The notes under the pieces: generated by a model
Databases searched by the model: none
What the model was told of the DNA's origin: nothing
The model's input: only the letters and a program-made list of their open reading frames with translations
Program-made: the position numbers and the translations under genes
NCBI GenBank assembly: GCA_964549355.1
Contig: CAZJUS010000009.1
Location: forward strand, 1-29,825
Source: Candidatus Undinarchaeota archaeon
GTDB taxonomy: Archaea; SpSt-1190
Reading direction: 5' to 3'
Length of the DNA stretch: 29,825 nt
In this document: positions 1-8,073 of the stretch, in pieces
Position numbering within the stretch: position 1 is the stretch's first letter
How the letters are laid out: the number at the start of each line of letters is the position of its first letter

Positions 1-1
1 C

Positions 2-256
2 CGAGCTTTGCGAAGCTCGACCACGGTGGCTGTCTCGCTTCGCTCGACAGCCAGCCAATACATACTGGTGAGCCGCGAAGCGGGCGAATCAGTATTAAGT
101 GTCGACTGATTTCAGTCGAGCCCCAACCGAGATTCGGACTCGCAACCTTTTAGAAAAAGGTTGACCAAAACCCATAGGGCTTTTCAAAAAAGTTCGATCA
201 AAGTTGGCTGGCCCGCCGAAGGTGGGCCAATCTGATCAAACTCGATGAGAGTTTGA
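2..256. repeat. Array of short inverted repeats (hairpins) downstream of tRNA-Thr
   Basis: Stems read directly: 2-8/13-19, 27-34/46-53, 62-67/90-95 enclosing 73-76/80-83, 102-108/113-119, 143-151/155-163, 209-214/224-229, 236-243/249-256. Several have GAA/TTC loops. Confidence 0.85.
118..142 (-). repeat. Imperfect duplicate of the tRNA-Thr 3' end (T-arm plus acceptor strand), att-like
   Basis: gagccccaaccgagattcggactcg (118-142) vs gagccccaaccgagatttgaactcg (255-279): 23/25 identical. Confidence 0.9.
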
Positions 257-328
257 GCCCCAACCGAGATTTGAACTCGGGACCTCTACCTTACCAAGGT
301 AGCGCTCTACCGGCTGAGCTATTGGGGC
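256..328 (-). tRNA. tRNA-Thr(GGT)
   Basis: Minus strand GCCCCAA...TTGGGGC-T acceptor stem, D-arm GCTC/GAGC, anticodon arm CTACC-TTGGTAA-GGTAG, T-loop TTCAAAT. No intron and no encoded CCA. Confidence 0.97.
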
Positions 329-462
329 GAAACTTTGCGGAAGAGTTTCGGACGCCGTTGCATTTCATTCTGGAGGGAGCAATTTATATGTTTTTTTAAC
401 TTCTCCGGCACATCGGCATGGCCACGGCAGAGCTTAACCTTCCCCATGCCTGATAGTATATC

Positions 463-606
463 ATGGCACAGGAAGCATACGCACCCGAAGATGTCGAGAA
501 GTGGTGGGACAGAATCCAGGAAAAATACGGGGGGAAAAGCCGTATGGAGCTGGCCCGCTGGTATCTCCACAAAAGGGCCATGGGGCGGAAGCTCGGCATG
601 GTCTGA
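463..606 (+). CDS. Small hypothetical protein (47 aa, not in ORF track)
   Basis: Translated by hand: MAQEAYAPEDVEKWWDRIQEKYGGKSRMELARWYLHKRAMGRKLGMV*. Protein-like helical composition; fills the gap between tRNA-Thr and the convergent 631-960 ORF. Confidence 0.55.
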   Translation: MAQEAYAPEDVEKWWDRIQEKYGGKSRMELARWYLHKRAMGRKLGMV

Positions 607-630
607 TTATCTTGCTTTGGTCTCCGGCGG

Positions 631-960
631 TTAAAAAATCCTCAGAGCACCCAGGAGGGTTTTCTCCGCCGGGACCACCTTCCCTCTTTTGGCTTCAACC
701 AGTCCCCGGAAAATTCCATTCTTCAAAGCCTCTTTTTTGACTGCAAAAACATCCGTGCCGTTCACCAAGCCCACCACCACGAGGCCCCCGTTCTTCCGGG
801 CCAGTACCAGGGAGTTGCTGCCGTTTCGTTCAAAATAAAGGTCATCTGTCAGGAAAGCAGGATTGTGCTCCCGCCCCTGGAAATCCACCAGCTTGGCAAA
901 AACTTCAAGGTCGCTTTCGGCCTTTTCTGCAAAACTTCTCGAGATGCCTACAATGCGCAT
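631..960 (-). CDS. Hypothetical protein (109 aa)
   Basis: Natural amino-acid composition; TATA-like TTTATATA about 25 nt upstream on the minus strand (~983-991); no recognised family. Confidence 0.6.
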   Translation of the reverse strand: MRIVGISRSFAEKAESDLEVFAKLVDFQGREHNPAFLTDDLYFERNGSNSLVLARKNGGLVVVGLVNGTDVFAVKKEALKNGIFRGLVEAKRGKVVPAEKTLLGALRIF

Positions 961-1072
961 TGCCTATAACTACTCTTTCGTAATATATAAATCCCACCCA
1001 TCCGGGATATGGGCCCTGCCTGACGGGGCCGGAGCACAGATAACTTTTTATAGCCTGCTTTTAGGCAACACT

Positions 1073-1246
1073 GTGGAAACTTCAAGCAGCAGGTGCATAA
1101 CCTGCAACAAAGAGACTAAAGTGGTCCCGAACTCAGTCAGGTTTAAATGCCCCGGCTGCGGCGACGCTGAGATAGTCCGCTGTGGCGAGTGCAGGGCGCA
1201 GATGCGCCCCTGGAGATGCCCGGTCTGCGGTTTCGAGGGGCCTTGA
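1073..1246 (+). CDS. Zn-ribbon small protein, DUF1610/HVO_2753 family
   Basis: Four CxxC motifs, F-x-CP-x-CG...IxRC..CR...CPxCGFEGP C-terminus; canonical position upstream of aEF-1beta; GTG start chosen at 1073. Confidence 0.92.
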   Translation: METSSSRCITCNKETKVVPNSVRFKCPGCGDAEIVRCGECRAQMRPWRCPVCGFEGP

Positions 1247-1260
1247 TTTGGGGTGTAAAA

Positions 1261-1506
1261 ATGGGATTTGTAGTAGCCAAAATTAAAATTATGCCGAAGG
1301 ACATGGAGAGCTTTGAGGAGCTGAAGGCCAGCCTGAAGGACCAGGTTGAGGTCATGGAGGAGGAGCCCATTGCGTTCGGCATGAAAGCCCTCCTGGTGCT
1401 TTTCAAGATGGAGGATGAAGGCGGGGCCCAGGACGCAGTCGAGGAAAAACTCCGGCGGAATCCCCTGGTCTCCAGCTTCGAGGTGCAGTCGGTCGGCAGG
1501 GTCTGA
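1261..1506 (+). CDS. ef1b: Translation elongation factor aEF-1beta
   Basis: KIMP...EEEPIAFGMKAL motif, 81 aa, synteny with DUF1610. Confidence 0.93.
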   Translation: MGFVVAKIKIMPKDMESFEELKASLKDQVEVMEEEPIAFGMKALLVLFKMEDEGGAQDAVEEKLRRNPLVSSFEVQSVGRV

Positions 1507-1560
1507 TTTTTTGCCGGAGACAGACAGCAAGCATAAATAAAATCACGGCATTTGGGTTCT

Positions 1561-2250
1561 ATGCCGGAATCAAATGTTGAAATCAAAGAGTTCAAGAAAA
1601 TTGCACCGGGATGCACCTTTATCCTCGGCTTCCCCGGAACGGGGATGGCCGGCTCCATATCATCGGAGTTCATAATCCACAAGAAAGGGTTTGAGATGCT
1701 GGGCCATATCCGGAGCCCCCTCCTGCCTGCGGTGGCCATAATCCGCGACAGCAGACCCCAGGCCCCCATCCGCATCTACGGCAAGGACAAGATTGTGGTC
1801 GTGGTTGCAGATGTCATGATACCTGACAGTCTCTGCCACAGTTTTGCAGCAGAGCTGGTCAAATGGATAAAGCTGCAGAAGCCCAAGGAGGTCATAGTCC
1901 TGGGAGGCATTGAGAACAAAGACCAGAAGGACAAGAATTATGTGGTGAGCTGGAAGGCCAAATACCTTGACGACATCAAGCTGGACCATATGAAGCTGGG
2001 CTTCGTCGTGGGCATCTACGGCCCGCTCATGATGGAGCTGATGGAGAACAATCTGCCCGGCTACCTGATTCTCACTGAGGCCCAGCGCGGCCCGGACCCA
2101 AAGGCAGCGGCCGTCATAGTCCGCCATGTCGCCGAGAGGATAAAGATGGACATAGACCCCTCTTCTTTGGAAAAGGAAGCGGGGAAGAGGCGCGAGGCCG
2201 CCAAAGTCAAAGGCCAGACATGGGACCCCTACCCAAGCATCTACGGATGA
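1561..2250 (+). CDS. Proteasome assembly chaperone PAC2 family protein
   Basis: GFPGxGMAGxI, PIRIY, VIVLGG, GxxG, PDPKAAA motifs; C-terminal IYG (HbYX-like). Confidence 0.9.
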   Translation: MPESNVEIKEFKKIAPGCTFILGFPGTGMAGSISSEFIIHKKGFEMLGHIRSPLLPAVAIIRDSRPQAPIRIYGKDKIVVVVADVMIPDSLCHSFAAELVKWIKLQKPKEVIVLGGIENKDQKDKNYVVSWKAKYLDDIKLDHMKLGFVVGIYGPLMMELMENNLPGYLILTEAQRGPDPKAAAVIVRHVAERIKMDIDPSSLEKEAGKRREAAKVKGQTWDPYPSIYG

Positions 2251-2257
2251 GATTTAA

Positions 2258-2626
2258 TTATATGGGCCCCAGCAGCTTGATCTGCTTCACTCCTGAGATG
2301 GAACTCAACTGCCTTACTTTCAGTGCAGTGCCGACCACCATCATTTTCCCCGTCCCAACGCTTTGCCCGTCAATGCCGTTGCACGGGTTGCAGAATACAA
2401 GGGCTGCAATTTCAGCGTCCGGATTCAAAGTTGCCTGCCTCTGAAGCTCCGGGTCCACTTTGGGCAGGGATGCCAGACCATAGACCGCAATTGCAATGCC
2501 GAGCGCCAGGACCAGGAGGGGATAGTAATTTTTCTTCTTGGTGTTGTAGATTCTGCGGGTCGGATAATAGGAGTAGGAAGCGGGATAGGCATATCTGCCG
2601 TAGCTGTATCTTCGGGTTGGGCTCAA
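2258..2626 (-). CDS. Hypothetical single-pass membrane protein
   Basis: TTG start overlaps the thpR stop (TTGA); Tyr/Arg-rich N-terminus, hydrophobic helix, CxxC. Confidence 0.65.
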   Translation of the reverse strand: MSPTRRYSYGRYAYPASYSYYPTRRIYNTKKKNYYPLLVLALGIAIAVYGLASLPKVDPELQRQATLNPDAEIAALVFCNPCNGIDGQSVGTGKMMVVGTALKVRQLSSISGVKQIKLLGPI

Positions 2627-3177
2627 AGTTCCACGCTCCTTATGCTTTTGTATTCCGGACCTGCGGGGGTTAATATGCTTTGCTTCAGGAGCAGCCGCCC
2701 GGCTGTGAAGCTCCCGATTTCTGACGTCCGGTGCTCTTTGACGAAGGCTTTGGCGGTCCTCTGCCCCTCGGCAGTCCTGGCCCTTGCAAGCGTCAAATGC
2801 CCGATGAAGTCCGGCTCGGGCGGGAAGCCCAGCTGGAATATGGCGGAGTCCACCTGCCTCTTCAGCTCCGCCAGCCCGGGAGACTGGACGCCCACCCAGA
2901 CTACGCGGGGCCTGTCGCGTGAGGGGAAGCCCCCCACACCTTTCAGTATGATTTCAAAGCGTCCATGCCCGTGCAGCCGCTCCAGGGCGCCGCCGATCTG
3001 CTCCAGCCTCCCCGCCCCCACTTCGCCCAGGAACCTGAGGGTGAGATGCATGTTTTCAGGCCGGACGGGCTTCACCCCCCTGCCCGCCTTGTCCGCCAGC
3101 TCCTTCCCAAGCATCCAGGCTTTCTCCGCTAGGCCTCCCGGCAGTCCTACTGCAATAAAACACCTGATGCCCTCCAC
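2623..3177 (-). CDS. thpR: RNA 2',3'-cyclic phosphodiesterase (2'-5' RNA ligase, 2H family)
   Basis: RCFIAV N-terminus, two HLTL motifs, GGFP..RPRVVWVG, S-x-L-T-P-x-G-P-x-Y. Confidence 0.95.
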   Translation of the reverse strand: MEGIRCFIAVGLPGGLAEKAWMLGKELADKAGRGVKPVRPENMHLTLRFLGEVGAGRLEQIGGALERLHGHGRFEIILKGVGGFPSRDRPRVVWVGVQSPGLAELKRQVDSAIFQLGFPPEPDFIGHLTLARARTAEGQRTAKAFVKEHRTSEIGSFTAGRLLLKQSILTPAGPEYKSIRSVEL

Positions 3178-3227
3178 TTCAGGCTGAATCCCAAGGCATA
3201 TTTATGATTTCGACCAGATGTTTATTT

Positions 3228-3854
3228 GTGATTGGGGTTGTGAAAATCGGAGGGGCCTTCTTCTCCGAACCTGCGCGGGATAAAGTGAATAAGGTTAAGA
3301 CTTTCATCAGCAGTTTCAAAGGGGATTTGGCCCTGGTGGCCGGCGGGGGCAATATGGTGAAGGCCTACCTGGACAAATTCCGCAAGCTTGACCTGCCTGA
3401 GACCTTCCTCGACCTTCTGGGGATTGAAATGACCCACGTCAATGCCCAGTTCATGGCAAGGATACTCAACGGAGTGCACACAAGGACCTTCCCGGAGGTC
3501 AAGAACAACCTGGGGAAGCTTCCCGTCACCGCGGGCCAGACCGTGGGGCAGTCCACCGACGCTGTTGCCGCCGCCCTTGCGGACTACCTCAAGGCGGATA
3601 TACTGATTTTGGTGAAGGATGTCGGCGGGATATACCCCAAAGACCCGAAGGAGAACCCGGGCATGCGGGTGATACACAAGCTCAGCTTCGAGGAGCTCCG
3701 CCGGTTCGCCAAGCAGGACACCAGGGCAGGCTATTACGGGGTGGTGGACCCGACCGCCATAAACACCATCATCCGGAGCAGGATTCCGACCTATGTGGTC
3801 GGCCTGGACTTCAACTTTGACGACGGGACCAAAATCGGGGCATCGGTTGATTGA
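3228..3854 (+). CDS. pyrH: UMP kinase, archaeal type
   Basis: VVKIGG, GGGN, D-x-LGI-x-x-T-x-x-NA, GQSTDAVAA, VGGIYxKDP, VDPxA motifs; GTG start at 3228. Confidence 0.88.
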   Translation: MIGVVKIGGAFFSEPARDKVNKVKTFISSFKGDLALVAGGGNMVKAYLDKFRKLDLPETFLDLLGIEMTHVNAQFMARILNGVHTRTFPEVKNNLGKLPVTAGQTVGQSTDAVAAALADYLKADILILVKDVGGIYPKDPKENPGMRVIHKLSFEELRRFAKQDTRAGYYGVVDPTAINTIIRSRIPTYVVGLDFNFDDGTKIGASVD

Positions 3855-3907
3855 CTGGTTGCCCGGTTTGTCGAAAGCCTTAAAACTTTCGTGCTGAACT
3901 GAGGGTT

Positions 3908-4531
3908 ATGCGCAGGGACAAGCGGAAACTCAGCTTTTTTCTTGGAGGCCTCATGCTCTTCTCGACTCTGGCCTTTGTCCTGACAAGCAATATGCTCGGC
4001 GGGGGCGGGGCTGCCGGCGGCCAGCAGGAGCCGGTTTTTGTCGGCAACTGGAAAGGCATGGATATTTTTGTTGTTGACACCCCGATCGGCCCCATCTACT
4101 CCTTGGATTTGGGGGGAGGCATGCTCCAGTTCCGCGTGGACCCCCAGGAGGCTGCTGATGAAATCAGCATCGAAAATCCGGCTCGGATTTACAGCAGGCT
4201 GATGACATCGTCCAAAGTATATCTTTTGTATGAGGAAAAAGAAAATGAAAGGATAAGCCAGGCGGTGCTTGAGATGACCCGCTTCCTGCGCGGGCGCCCC
4301 TTCACCCTCGAAACCGGCCTCACCGCCCCCTACCAGGGCAATGAATCTTCGGGCGTCCCATACCATGACCCGTGGAATGTGACCGGCGGGGAGGCAGCCA
4401 TATATGTCAAATTCGGCGACAGCAATGAAGTGCAGATGCTGAACAACACAGTCCTGGTCACCGGCAACGACCTGCACAATGTGACTCTTGCAGTGACCAA
4501 GCTGGGGCTGGTGATGTACCGCTTGATATGA
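3908..4531 (+). CDS. Hypothetical membrane-anchored protein
   Basis: Basic N-terminus plus hydrophobic helix, Gly linker, globular domain; followed by SD-like GAGGTG before carS. Confidence 0.8.
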   Translation: MRRDKRKLSFFLGGLMLFSTLAFVLTSNMLGGGGAAGGQQEPVFVGNWKGMDIFVVDTPIGPIYSLDLGGGMLQFRVDPQEAADEISIENPARIYSRLMTSSKVYLLYEEKENERISQAVLEMTRFLRGRPFTLETGLTAPYQGNESSGVPYHDPWNVTGGEAAIYVKFGDSNEVQMLNNTVLVTGNDLHNVTLAVTKLGLVMYRLI

Positions 4532-4540
4532 GGTGGGACT

Positions 4541-5056
4541 ATGCATTGGTGGATTGGGGCTTTCGTGAAGATTCTTCCGGCCTACTTGGCCAACACAGCC
4601 CCGCTTGTCTTGCTTTCTTTGGACAGGTGGGGCTTCCTGAAGCGCCTCGCCAAGCCTCTGGACGGGGGCAGGAAGCTCAAGGACGGCAGGAGGGTGCTGG
4701 GGGACGGCAAGACCTGGCTGGGTTTGTTTGCCTTCCCTGTTTTTGGCGTCCTGGTGGCCCTGGCCCTCCAGTGGACGGGCGTCCACAGCTGGACGTCCGG
4801 ACTCCTTCTCGGATTCGGGGCTTTCCTGGGCGACCTCGGGGGCTCCTTCATCAAGAGGCGCAGAGGAATGAAGAGGGGGTCGAGGGCCGGACTGCTGGAC
4901 CAGGTTGATTTCCTGACCGGGGCTGTCCTGATGTCCCTGCCGGTCTTCGCCTGGTCGCTTCCCGAACTCCTGCTGGTGTTTTTTGCGACGCCGTTTGCCC
5001 ACAGGGCCACCAACTTTATTGGATACAAATTGGGAATGAAGGATGTGCCTTGGTGA
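4541..5056 (+). CDS. carS: CDP-archaeol synthase (DUF46 family)
   Basis: LPAYxAN, PLDGG..DGRRxLGDGKTWxG, GDLxGSFIKRR, LLDQxDF, C-terminal KDVPW. Confidence 0.95.
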   Translation: MHWWIGAFVKILPAYLANTAPLVLLSLDRWGFLKRLAKPLDGGRKLKDGRRVLGDGKTWLGLFAFPVFGVLVALALQWTGVHSWTSGLLLGFGAFLGDLGGSFIKRRRGMKRGSRAGLLDQVDFLTGAVLMSLPVFAWSLPELLLVFFATPFAHRATNFIGYKLGMKDVPW

Positions 5057-5628
5057 AGACCGGAACAGTGATTTTTGATTTGGACGGGACGCTCATCGAT
5101 GCCGTCAAGCTTCATGAGGAGACTTTCGTCCAGGCTTTCAGGGACTTCGGCTTCACAGTCCGCGGTGAGGACGTCCGGGCCTTGGTGGGAATCACCGGCC
5201 TTGAGATTGCGGGCAGGCTGGCCGGCCCGGAGCTTGCCCAGAAAATCTACGACAGAAAGACGGAGCTTTTCTTTGAATGGTTCGACCGGTTCGACGAAAT
5301 GGAGGGGGCCACTGCAGTCCTGGAGGAGCTCCGGCGCAGGGGCCACCGGCTTGCCGTTGCCACTTCGGGCAACAAACGGGTGATGGAGAAGGTTGCGGAG
5401 CGGTTCGGCTGGAAATTTGACATGGTCGTGACTGCCGAGGACGTGAAGCACGGCAAGCCCGACCCGGAGATGCTGGATAAAATCAAGGCTGAGCTCCCGG
5501 GCCCCTATGTTTTTGTCGGCGACACCCATTACGACAAAGAGGCGGGCGATGCGGCAGGCATAAGGACCTTGATTCTGGGGGAGGACATCCGCCGGCTGGC
5601 GGACCTCCTCGAAACGGAATTGTTTTAA
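5053..5628 (+). CDS. HAD-superfamily hydrolase (subfamily IA phosphatase)
   Basis: FDLDGTL, ATS, GKPDP, VGD...D...AG motifs; GTGA overlap with the carS stop. Confidence 0.93.
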   Translation: MKTGTVIFDLDGTLIDAVKLHEETFVQAFRDFGFTVRGEDVRALVGITGLEIAGRLAGPELAQKIYDRKTELFFEWFDRFDEMEGATAVLEELRRRGHRLAVATSGNKRVMEKVAERFGWKFDMVVTAEDVKHGKPDPEMLDKIKAELPGPYVFVGDTHYDKEAGDAAGIRTLILGEDIRRLADLLETELF

Positions 5629-5649
5629 AGCGTCTTTTGAGTTGCTCCT

Positions 5650-6186
5650 GTGCTTTCCAAGTTGCGCCCTTGGTGGAATCCCGCCACTGAATTTCTTTTT
5701 GGGTGGATGGGCGGATGGGTGCACCCCAACCTGCTTTCATTTTTCAATTTGGTCTGCGGTGCCCTGGCAGGTTATTTTCTCTATTTGGACAACCGGATTG
5801 CAGGTCTTCTTTTGATTCTCGCAACAGGGATTCTCGACGGTGCCGACGGGGCGGTTGCGAGGCGCTACGGAACCAAGAGCAGGTTCGGTGCGGTCCTGGA
5901 CTCAACTTTCGACCGACTGAGCGAGGGCTTCATTCTGTTCGGGCTGTCCTTCCAGTATCCCCTTGCCTTTTTGGCGATGGTGATGTCTTTCACTGTGAGC
6001 TATATCAAGGCCAAGGAGCCCCGCGTCGCCCACGGCGTTGCCGAGAGGGCGGAGCGTCTCATAGTTTTGGTGCTCGGCATCCTGTCCAACCGGATTTCTT
6101 GGGCTTTGATGCTCATCACTGCAGCAACAGCCTTCACTGTAATCACCCGCCTGCTGTCCGCCTACCGCATCCTGTCTAAAGAGTGA
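5650..6186 (+). CDS. CDP-alcohol phosphatidyltransferase (archaetidylinositol-phosphate / archaetidylglycerophosphate synthase type)
   Basis: HPN; DGxDGxxARxxxxxSxFGAxLDxxxDR signature; VSY..., ERAER. Confidence 0.93.
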   Translation: MLSKLRPWWNPATEFLFGWMGGWVHPNLLSFFNLVCGALAGYFLYLDNRIAGLLLILATGILDGADGAVARRYGTKSRFGAVLDSTFDRLSEGFILFGLSFQYPLAFLAMVMSFTVSYIKAKEPRVAHGVAERAERLIVLVLGILSNRISWALMLITAATAFTVITRLLSAYRILSKE

Positions 6187-7993
6187 CCTCAAGCTTCCTG
6201 CGGTTCGCTATTGCATCGCTTATGAGGTCTCCAAGCTCCGTGTTTTTGCCGACCTTGATTCTGCCTCTTTTGCCCACTACTGCACTGAAGAGGAATTCCC
6301 CGTCAATAGCGAAGTTGAGCTGGCGCCCCACCACCCTGCGGTCGAAATAGAAGGTGAAAGCCTTGGAAGTCTCGTCCATTTGGAAATCGACGCTTTTTTT
6401 GGAGCTTGAGCCTCCAGATGGTCCGGGCCTTTCGCTTTTTGGAAGGCCCTCTATGTCTTGGATGTCCAGGCCGATGCCGAGCTGCTTCTCCAGCTCCTCC
6501 ACATGCCTGCCCCCCTTGCCTATTATTTTCGGGATGGCTTCCTTGTCTGTGTATATGGTTGCCCCGCCTCCGCCGGGGTTGATTTTAACCTCCAGCCTTT
6601 CGTGGGGCACCAGCTTCTTGAGCCTCCGCCTCAGCTCGACCCCCGCCATCTCCCTGATTGGGTCTTTGGCGTCCGCCACAGGGACTATGATGGTCTGCTC
6701 GCCGTAGGTGTAAATTTCATACTCGGGCTTCTTGGTGAAGAAGTCTTTGATCTCCACCACCGGCCTGGCCAAATCCGCCTCGGTCATGCCGGACGGGACT
6801 TTGACTTTCATCTCGAGTTCATAGACTTTGGTGATGGCCCCTCCTTTCATGAAGAGCACTGTGTCGAGGACCTGCGGGATTACGCCCATCTCCAGCCTGC
6901 CCAGGAACCTGTGGATGGCGTCGATGGCCTTGCTGGCGTGGACCACCCCTATCATGCCGACCCCTGCGAGCCTCATGTCGGAGTAGACTTCAAAGTCGCG
7001 GGTCTTCCTCAGCTCGTCAAAGACGGTGAAGTCCGGCCGGACCAGCAGCAGGATTTCGCCCGTTCCCTCCGGGTCGCCTTCAAGGTGGCCGTACTGCGTT
7101 ATCTCCCGCACCACATTGAGGTCCCTCGGGTGCTCGATGGTCTTCACTATTTTTTTCTTGCCGGCGTAGAATTCGGCGAGGGCCTGCGCCAGCGTGCTTT
7201 TGCCTGCCCCGGGAGCCCCTGCAATCACTATGCCTTCCGCCCTTTCTTCGAATCTTTTCATGAGCTCCTTCTTCAGCTTGTAGTCTTCAAGGGACAGCTT
7301 GACCACGGGCCGGACTGCGGTGATTTCAATGCCTTTGCTGAAGGGGGGCCAGGCCAGCACAATCCTGTAGTCGTCGTACTGCACCACAGTCGCCCCCTCC
7401 TTTTCAATTTCAAGGAAGGCGTCGGGGTTTGACTTGGATTTCTCTATTATGTCCTGGGAGAGCTCCTCGACCTCCGCAGGCTTCAAAGCTTTTTCGCTGA
7501 TTTTTTCAAACTTCCAGGCGCCGGGGGCGCCCTTCTTGGCATAGACGGGCAGGCCGTCCTTTATGTGGACCGACATGGTGGTCTTGTCGAAGAACTTGGC
7601 AATCTTCAGCTCCGAGTGGCTTTCTTTTTTTACAAGAGACACCTGTATGCCCATGGACTCTGCCGTCTTGGCGTTGGCCTCGCTGCAGCTGACCAGGGTT
7701 GCGCCTTCCGCCAGGGCGAGCTCCCTGCTTTCCCAGTCGGCATCCTCTATAGTGAGGCGGTCGAGGTAGCGGGGCTGCTCCCCTGTGAATCTCAAGACCA
7801 CTGTCTTGCTGTCGGCCAGCTTCCGGACGGCCTTCAGCTCCGCCATGCCCACTTTTCCGTCTGTTTTCTTCTCCCGCATGGCCCTTTCAACCAATGCCAG
7901 AGTCTTGTTGCCTATGACCACTTCCCCGCCTTTCTCCACCAGCTTGTGCACAAGGCCGGAGATAATTGCCGAATAATCTGGAACTATTATCAT
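6176..7993 (-). CDS. PINA-type ATPase (PIN + PilT/VirB11-like ATPase + KH domains)
   Basis: N-terminal PIN-like IVPD, Walker A GAPGAGKST, LLxRPDxTxFDE, DMRLAGVGMIGVVHA, KH IIGKGG. Confidence 0.95.
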   Translation of the reverse strand: MIIVPDYSAIISGLVHKLVEKGGEVVIGNKTLALVERAMREKKTDGKVGMAELKAVRKLADSKTVVLRFTGEQPRYLDRLTIEDADWESRELALAEGATLVSCSEANAKTAESMGIQVSLVKKESHSELKIAKFFDKTTMSVHIKDGLPVYAKKGAPGAWKFEKISEKALKPAEVEELSQDIIEKSKSNPDAFLEIEKEGATVVQYDDYRIVLAWPPFSKGIEITAVRPVVKLSLEDYKLKKELMKRFEERAEGIVIAGAPGAGKSTLAQALAEFYAGKKKIVKTIEHPRDLNVVREITQYGHLEGDPEGTGEILLLVRPDFTVFDELRKTRDFEVYSDMRLAGVGMIGVVHASKAIDAIHRFLGRLEMGVIPQVLDTVLFMKGGAITKVYELEMKVKVPSGMTEADLARPVVEIKDFFTKKPEYEIYTYGEQTIIVPVADAKDPIREMAGVELRRRLKKLVPHERLEVKINPGGGGATIYTDKEAIPKIIGKGGRHVEELEKQLGIGLDIQDIEGLPKSERPGPSGGSSSKKSVDFQMDETSKAFTFYFDRRVVGRQLNFAIDGEFLFSAVVGKRGRIKVGKNTELGDLISDAIANRRKLEVTL

Positions 7994-8073
7994 AAAGACG
8001 TCATCCCCCGGGGGTATATAAAGTCATCAGGACCCCCCGCAAGCCATAAAAGACACCGGCGGACTGGGTTTGA

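Noticed and set aside
118..170. Second tRNA gene or split-tRNA 3' half
   Set aside because: Only the T-arm/acceptor end is present, the T-loop is mutated (TCCGAAT), and there is no anticodon arm or evident complementary leader.
319..740. Track ORFs 319-570, 335-634, 396-599 and 501-740
   Set aside because: Atypical composition and mutual overlap; the 463-606 frame explains the region better.
6176..7993. VapC toxin or pilus assembly ATPase
   Set aside because: The PIN+ATPase+KH architecture is the widespread housekeeping PINA family; no antitoxin or TadC gene is adjacent.
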